Shown here: positions 51,839-56,765 of the stretch, one piece after another
Layout of the letters: each line of letters begins with the position of its first letter
Position numbering within the stretch: position 1 is the stretch's first letter
Origin: Deltaproteobacteria bacterium
Lineage (GTDB): Bacteria; Desulfobacterota; Binatia; UBA12015
Assembly: GCA_046583355.1 (NCBI GenBank)
Contig: JAYGCM010000016.1
Location: 1 to 56,765 of the forward strand
DNA length: 56,765 nucleotides
Direction of reading: 5' to 3'
Notes under the pieces: model-generated
What the model was told of the DNA's origin: nothing
What the model saw: only the letters and a program-made list of their open reading frames with translations
Database searches by the model: none
Made by a program: the position numbers and the translations under genes

Positions 51839-54418
51839 TCAATCTACCTCCTCCCGCACCGAGGAGACAAGGCGCCGCCCGACCGCTCGGTCAGCCCTCG
51901 GCCCCACAATCAATCGAGTTGGCGTGATCGGCTCTGCGGTGTGGGGATGTGTCCAGCCGGAGCGGCCGTCGGTTGTTCGTACGAGGAGGAAGCCGTTGTG
52001 TTTGCTCAGGACGCGCACGGTTTCGCCGGTTTTGAGGTTGCTATCGGGCACGGCCGAGGGAAAGGGAGCGCCCAGGAGGGCCGGGGCGTTGCCGGTTACG
52101 ATTGCGAACCTGGAACTTTCCAAGCGCGTTGCAAAGAGGCCCCAGAGGAGGAGAAGCGCTACGGCGGCGATTGCGAGTAGCGAGCGAATGCGCTCGGTTT
52201 TTCGTCCGAGAGTCGCAAGAAGGACAAGCAGGCAGGTGAGGAAAAGAACGGCAGTCGCGGCAAGCGCCCAGTCGTCGGGGCTGAGTTGGTCGGCCAGGCG
52301 AGTCCACGCGTCTTCCTCAGGCGCTGGCAATTCAGCTACTTGACGGGCTTGGCGAAGGTTTGCCTGGATCGCAGAATCGCGCGGAGCGAGGAGGCGGGCT
52401 CGTTCGTAGGCCAGGATTGCTTCTCCGGGCCGGCCCGCCCGCAATGCCGCGTTGCCCAGGTCGAAAAGTAGATTGGCGGAGACGCCGCCTTGTCGTGCTA
52501 CCGCTGCGAGCCTGTCGGCGGCTTCGCCGAAACGCCCGACCGCGAATGCTTCATTGGCCGCCTGGAACTTCCCGGCGAGTTCGGCCGCTATCGGATCGGC
52601 GAGCGCGAAAGGCGTCGACGAACATGCCAGTAGAAAAACGAGTCCGAGGGCTTTGGGCAATCGCTCGAGAATGGTTTGGACGCGCGATCGCCAGGCGGCG
52701 AGGTCCGGCACAGGAGCCCCGTCCGCCGCGAACGCGGTGCGGTCGCTCTCGTCGAAGAGGGCACGTAGTTCGTCGCGCAGCGTTTCGTCCGGCAAGTCGC
52801 GAAGGCTCATCGCGATAGAGGGATGACGCTCCGTGCGATCGGCGCGGATTGCCAGATATTCCTCGATGCCTTCTCGCCCGACTCGCAGGAGTTGGGGTAG
52901 GTCGGTGGCCTGGGTCGCTGCGGCGCGGGCCTGCTCGAGGCGGGAGGCCGCTTGTCGCATGCGTTGGCGGGCCGGGTCGCCGAGGCGTTGGCGCCGCCGC
53001 CGGATAGCGAACAGAACCATGAGGAGGAGAAGCACCGGTACGGCCTGCAGGGAAATCAGCAGACGAGGCTCGCTGAAGGGGAGCAGCGTGGAGACCAGCG
53101 AACCCAGATCGGGCCGATTGGGTGCGAGTTCGAAGAGCTGCGCACGCCGGGCCGGACGTGGGGCCCCGGGCGGTGGGGCGATCGTGTTGACCGCGCGGAT
53201 GAGCACGGCCGGGGGGAGAGCGGAGAGGCTCTCCCAGGTGCCCGCTTCGGGGTCGAAAAAGGACAGTGTGATTGCCGGGAGTTGCTGGCTCCCCTCGCCC
53301 AGCGGAATCAGCGCTTGCTCAAAAGTCTTCACGCCAGCAATGCCGAGTTCGTCGGTGGCCCGGAAATCTGCGCGTCCCGGATAGGCCTTCCAATCCGACG
53401 TCTCGGGTACTCCTGCCAGGGCCAGGCGGTCGAAGTTCCCGCGCCCGGAAACTTGTACTTCCAGACTGACGGGGTCCCCGGGGTCGATCGTGGTGGGCTG
53501 CAGTCTTGTCTGGAGGGTGAAGCGTCCGATGCCACCTCCGAAGTTCGCCGGTCGGCCGACGCTCGGCAGGTTCTGAACCTGAAGTTCGAGGGGATTGCTC
53601 TGCGTCGGGATCTTCTCGGCCTGGCGACGCGAAAAGAAGGAATCGAAGAAGGGGTCATTGAAGCTCGAACGGCCCTGGCGCTGCTGGCGGGGTTGGGGAA
53701 TCGTTGCCGTGACGTCCATGCCGACCTGGAAGGTCTGTTGCCCGGCTTCCGCGGGCGCGATGGCAACCGGGAACACCAATTCGGTATAAGTTTGACCGTG
53801 GCGACGAACAGCACGTTGTTCGGGTTGACGCTCGCGCGGGTGCAAGAGGGTGAAGTTGCCCAGCACGGCGCGTGTCGGCGTGGCTTCGGATACCTGCACG
53901 CCTCGTCGCACATAGAGTCGGACTTCGGCGGGAACGATCTCGCCCACCCATAAGGGGCGCCCCGGCAGGCCGTGTAACTCAAGTTCCAATGCGGGGGGCT
54001 CAATTGAGGGGCGGCGGCGTGTTCCGGTGCCAACGACCTCGAGGATTTCAGCCTTCGTCCTGAGGTTCCGGCCTTCGACGCGCAGGCCGATCGGTGGAAT
54101 GCTGTAGCGGCCGGGGCGCGATGCGCGCAGGAGGAAGCGGTGGCGCACCTCGGACAGGCTTGCGCCGCCACGTACTTCCATGCTCATGGTCTGGCCCAAG
54201 GAGCGGGTCTCGAGACCGGGGATGCGGGGTAGGGTCGGAGTCGGAGATCGGGTTACGCCCTGGACGATGATGGTGAACTCGGCGTCGCGGCCGATCGGCA
54301 CCACGCGCGGGCTCAGCTCGGTACGGATTTCAGGCGCGGCAAGGGCGGGCCGTCCCGCCCCGAGGAAGGTGAGTGCGATTGCAAGGGCGCAGCTCCAGAG
54401 TAGGGCCGTTTTGTTCAT
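51839..54418 (-). CDS. BatD-family protein fused to a BatE-like TPR+SH3 module
   Basis: Signal peptide, BatD Ig-like repeats (GRYSIPP, FNDPFFDSFF, FGGGIGRF, SFFDP), then FDLGNA..GEAILAYERA..LAPRD..ANL and an SH3-like end (DGRSGW). Confidence 0.85.
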   Translation of the reverse strand: MNKTALLWSCALAIALTFLGAGRPALAAPEIRTELSPRVVPIGRDAEFTIIVQGVTRSPTPTLPRIPGLETRSLGQTMSMEVRGGASLSEVRHRFLLRASRPGRYSIPPIGLRVEGRNLRTKAEILEVVGTGTRRRPSIEPPALELELHGLPGRPLWVGEIVPAEVRLYVRRGVQVSEATPTRAVLGNFTLLHPRERQPEQRAVRRHGQTYTELVFPVAIAPAEAGQQTFQVGMDVTATIPQPRQQRQGRSSFNDPFFDSFFSRRQAEKIPTQSNPLELQVQNLPSVGRPANFGGGIGRFTLQTRLQPTTIDPGDPVSLEVQVSGRGNFDRLALAGVPETSDWKAYPGRADFRATDELGIAGVKTFEQALIPLGEGSQQLPAITLSFFDPEAGTWESLSALPPAVLIRAVNTIAPPPGAPRPARRAQLFELAPNRPDLGSLVSTLLPFSEPRLLISLQAVPVLLLLMVLFAIRRRRQRLGDPARQRMRQAASRLEQARAAATQATDLPQLLRVGREGIEEYLAIRADRTERHPSIAMSLRDLPDETLRDELRALFDESDRTAFAADGAPVPDLAAWRSRVQTILERLPKALGLVFLLACSSTPFALADPIAAELAGKFQAANEAFAVGRFGEAADRLAAVARQGGVSANLLFDLGNAALRAGRPGEAILAYERARLLAPRDSAIQANLRQARQVAELPAPEEDAWTRLADQLSPDDWALAATAVLFLTCLLVLLATLGRKTERIRSLLAIAAVALLLLWGLFATRLESSRFAIVTGNAPALLGAPFPSAVPDSNLKTGETVRVLSKHNGFLLVRTTDGRSGWTHPHTAEPITPTRLIVGPRADRAVGRRLVSSVREEVD

Positions 54419-54421
54419 GTT

Positions 54422-56281
54422 CTACCAATCCTGCACTTTCGCTCGGCCGGGTTGTCCCTCGTCCTCTCCTTCGGCGAGAGGAATCGCAAGATGGCGCTCT
54501 TCGCCTTCGAGTGAATCCAGTAGCGCACGAGCTTCGGCGGGTGCCATTCGGCCCGGTTGTTCCGCCTCCGTAGCATCCGCGGTCTTGCTCGCCTCGTCCG
54601 GCTCCGGAGAGGAGGAATCGTCCTCGTGACCCTCTTGGTCGCCCGAGGCCTCGTCGTCCGAAGGCTCCTCATCTTCGTCGCCGTTCTCACCTTCCTCACC
54701 ACTCTCGTCCTGCTGCTCGGAGGGCTTGGATTCGTTCGAATCGTCATCTGAAGAATCCGGCTCCGGCTCCCCTGACGGGCTCGGCGAGGGTTGCGGCGAG
54801 GGGCTGGGCTCGGGCTCGGAAGGTGGCTCGGCTGCGAGCCGGCGCTCCAACTCTTCGCGTGCCCGTGCGACCAGTTCGCGGTTGCGCGCGGCATCTTCAT
54901 CGGGGCCCGATTCCAGCGCGCCATCATAGGACTCCACCGCACGCTGCCATTGCGCGAGTGTCTTCTCAGGCTCCTTTTCCAGGGTCCCTTCGCCTTGGCG
55001 AAAGAGAGCATTGCCGAGGTTGTAGAAGGAACGTGCGCGTAACGTTGGGTCTGATGAGCGCAGGGCCGTCTCGAAAGAACGGCTGGCCGCCGCGTACTCG
55101 GCGCTGCGGTAATGGGCCGCGCCGATCGCGAATGCTGTTGGGGCGTCCTCGCCACCCGTCTCGGCGGCAAAGGCAAGCGCAGCCTCGGGCCAACGCTCTG
55201 CCTCATAATAGGCCTGGCCGGTGGCCTCGGTCGCAAACGCGGGCGCGGCGCAAGCAACGAGCAAAAGAGTGATTGCGGCAGTCGCCGTGCCCCGCCTTTG
55301 GCGCAGGAACTCCGCAAGGAGGCAGAGGAGTGCGCCGGCCAGCGGCCATTGGTAGCGGTTGCGTGGCTTCTGGCGCATACGGGACGCGAGTTCTTCTTTG
55401 GGAATGCGCTCGAGAACCTCTTCGCGAATGCGCTCCATGCCGCCGCCGTGTCGTCCCAGCGGCACGTAGAAACCGCCGGTAGTCTCGGCAATCTGCGTCA
55501 GTGTCGATTCGTCGAGGGCGGAGCGCACGAGGTTCCCCTTTTCATCCTTCAGGTAGACCGGCTGTCCGTCTATATCCGAGATCCGTATCAGTTCGCCGGC
55601 CCGGCTTCCGACGCCTACCGTAAATACACGGATTCCAGCGTCGGCCGCCTGCCGGGCTGCCGCTTGTGCCGCTCCGCTGAGATCTTCACCGTCGCTCAAG
55701 AGAACGAGAATTTTCGCATTTCCTTTTTTACTCTCCAGCGCATGTGCGGCGGCCTCCAGCGCGCTGGAGATATCAGTTCCCGGCCGCGGGATAGCCGCCG
55801 GTGTGGTCGCTGCGAGCGTGCGGGTGAAGGCGGCATGGTCGAGTGTCAACGGCGATTGAAGGAAGGCGGCACCGGCAAAGGCAATCAGGCCAACCCGGTC
55901 GCCCCCCAATTGGTCGACGAAATCCAGAATCGCCAGGCGGGCCCGCGCCAGCCGATTGGGCGCCACGTCGGCTGCGAGCATACTGCGCGAGACATCGAGC
56001 GCGAAGAGAACATCAATCCCGCGTCGTTTGGTCTCCTGCCAATCGCTGCCGACCTGTGGTCCGGAAAGCGCGAGGATAGCCAACGCGGCACCAAGCCCGA
56101 GCCACCGGCGTTGGCCGGCGCGCATGGCAGCGGCCTCGGCCTTGCGCGCCGGTGAACCGGTATGGGCAGCAAAGCGCGCCAGGTCCGCTATGCGTCGCCC
56201 ATCCGCGCGGCGCAGAAAGGCGGCCAGGAGAATCAGCAAAAGGGCACCGGCGGCGAGTATGGCGGGTTGCGCGAAGGTCAT
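54422..56281 (-). CDS. BatB-like vWA protein fused to a BatC-like TPR/acidic tail
   Basis: DVSRSM MIDAS, PNRLARA, GDRVGLIAFAG, LSDGED, YNLGNALF, C-terminal VQDW. Confidence 0.88.
   Translation of the reverse strand: MTFAQPAILAAGALLLILLAAFLRRADGRRIADLARFAAHTGSPARKAEAAAMRAGQRRWLGLGAALAILALSGPQVGSDWQETKRRGIDVLFALDVSRSMLAADVAPNRLARARLAILDFVDQLGGDRVGLIAFAGAAFLQSPLTLDHAAFTRTLAATTPAAIPRPGTDISSALEAAAHALESKKGNAKILVLLSDGEDLSGAAQAAARQAADAGIRVFTVGVGSRAGELIRISDIDGQPVYLKDEKGNLVRSALDESTLTQIAETTGGFYVPLGRHGGGMERIREEVLERIPKEELASRMRQKPRNRYQWPLAGALLCLLAEFLRQRRGTATAAITLLLVACAAPAFATEATGQAYYEAERWPEAALAFAAETGGEDAPTAFAIGAAHYRSAEYAAASRSFETALRSSDPTLRARSFYNLGNALFRQGEGTLEKEPEKTLAQWQRAVESYDGALESGPDEDAARNRELVARAREELERRLAAEPPSEPEPSPSPQPSPSPSGEPEPDSSDDDSNESKPSEQQDESGEEGENGDEDEEPSDDEASGDQEGHEDDSSSPEPDEASKTADATEAEQPGRMAPAEARALLDSLEGEERHLAIPLAEGEDEGQPGRAKVQDW
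54590..54830 (-). repeat. Low-complexity Pro/Ser and acidic linker inside the BatB-C gene
   Basis: EPEPSPSPQPSPSPSGEPEPDSSDDDS...EEGENGDEDEE. Confidence 0.7.
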
Positions 56282-56765
56282 GGGAGCCTCCGCAGTCGCG
56301 TCTCGCCGAGTACGACCTCCAGGCCGAGCAGAAGCAGCGCGGCGGTGAGTGGCCAGGGGTAGAGGTCCTCGTGGTCTTCGAAGCGTCGCAGCCGCTCGGT
56401 GGTGCGCTCCATTTTGTCGATCTCGTCCCAGACTGCTTCGAGTGATTCCGTGTCGGTCGCGTGGAAGAAGCGCGCACCGGTTCGGGTAGCGACGGCTTGC
56501 AATGTTTCGGCATCAGCCTCGACCCGGGCGCGCACGATCCGTTCGCGACCAAAACGATCCTTTACGGCCATCGGCGCTTCGCCGGCTGTGCCGGCAAGGA
56601 TGGTATGCACCTTTACGCCCAAGGAGCGCGCGGCATCTGCGGCGACCAACGGACTGATCTTGCCAGCATTATTGACGCCGTCGGTGAGGAGGATTACCAC
56701 CGCGGAGCCGGTGTCACGGGCACGGAGGCGGTTGGTCGCCGATGCGATCGCCGAGCCGATCGCGG
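56278..56765 (-). CDS. BatA-like vWA protein (C-terminal part, runs off the right edge)
   Basis: AIGSAIASATNRLR, VILLTDGVNNAG, GVKVHTI, TGARFF.A, IDKME. Confidence 0.9.
   Translation of the reverse strand, partial: AIGSAIASATNRLRARDTGSAVVILLTDGVNNAGKISPLVAADAARSLGVKVHTILAGTAGEAPMAVKDRFGRERIVRARVEADAETLQAVATRTGARFFHATDTESLEAVWDEIDKMERTTERLRRFEDHEDLYPWPLTAALLLLGLEVVLGETRLRRLP

Noticed and set aside
54760..54830. Short direct repeats (GGCGAGGG, GGGCTC)
   Set aside because: They encode a Pro/Ser linker; no CRISPR-like repeat-spacer periodicity.

Overview
High-GC bacterial chromosomal segment, densely coding, with about 45 genes. No rRNA, tRNA, CRISPR array or mobile element was recognised. The gene style suggests a diderm of the former Deltaproteobacteria (Binatia or Myxococcota-like); this is inference only. 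Contents in order: a partial secreted cupredoxin-like gene; a leuA-leuB-usg-truA operon behind a candidate leucine attenuator; a 1077-aa secreted modular protein with two CxxCH motifs; a plant-type thrC-metB pair; a 7-gene envelope operon (PBP1B, MlaE/F/D-like, TPR lipoprotein, SxtJ-like, SGNH-DUF5989 fusion); a stand-alone aldehyde:ferredoxin oxidoreductase converging on pckG, an FGGY kinase, an S1P-lyase-like enzyme and an NTF2-fold protein; lipid and acyl-CoA genes; gcvP, sthA, an RND pump, msrB, recQ, a Nudix hydrolase; and the end of a Bat operon with fused BatB-C and BatD-E. The best leads are the kinase/lyase module, the plant-like O-phosphohomoserine branch-point operon, the di-heme secreted protein, the SGNH-DUF5989 fusion and the attenuator. 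All calls come from reading motifs by eye; no database search was run.
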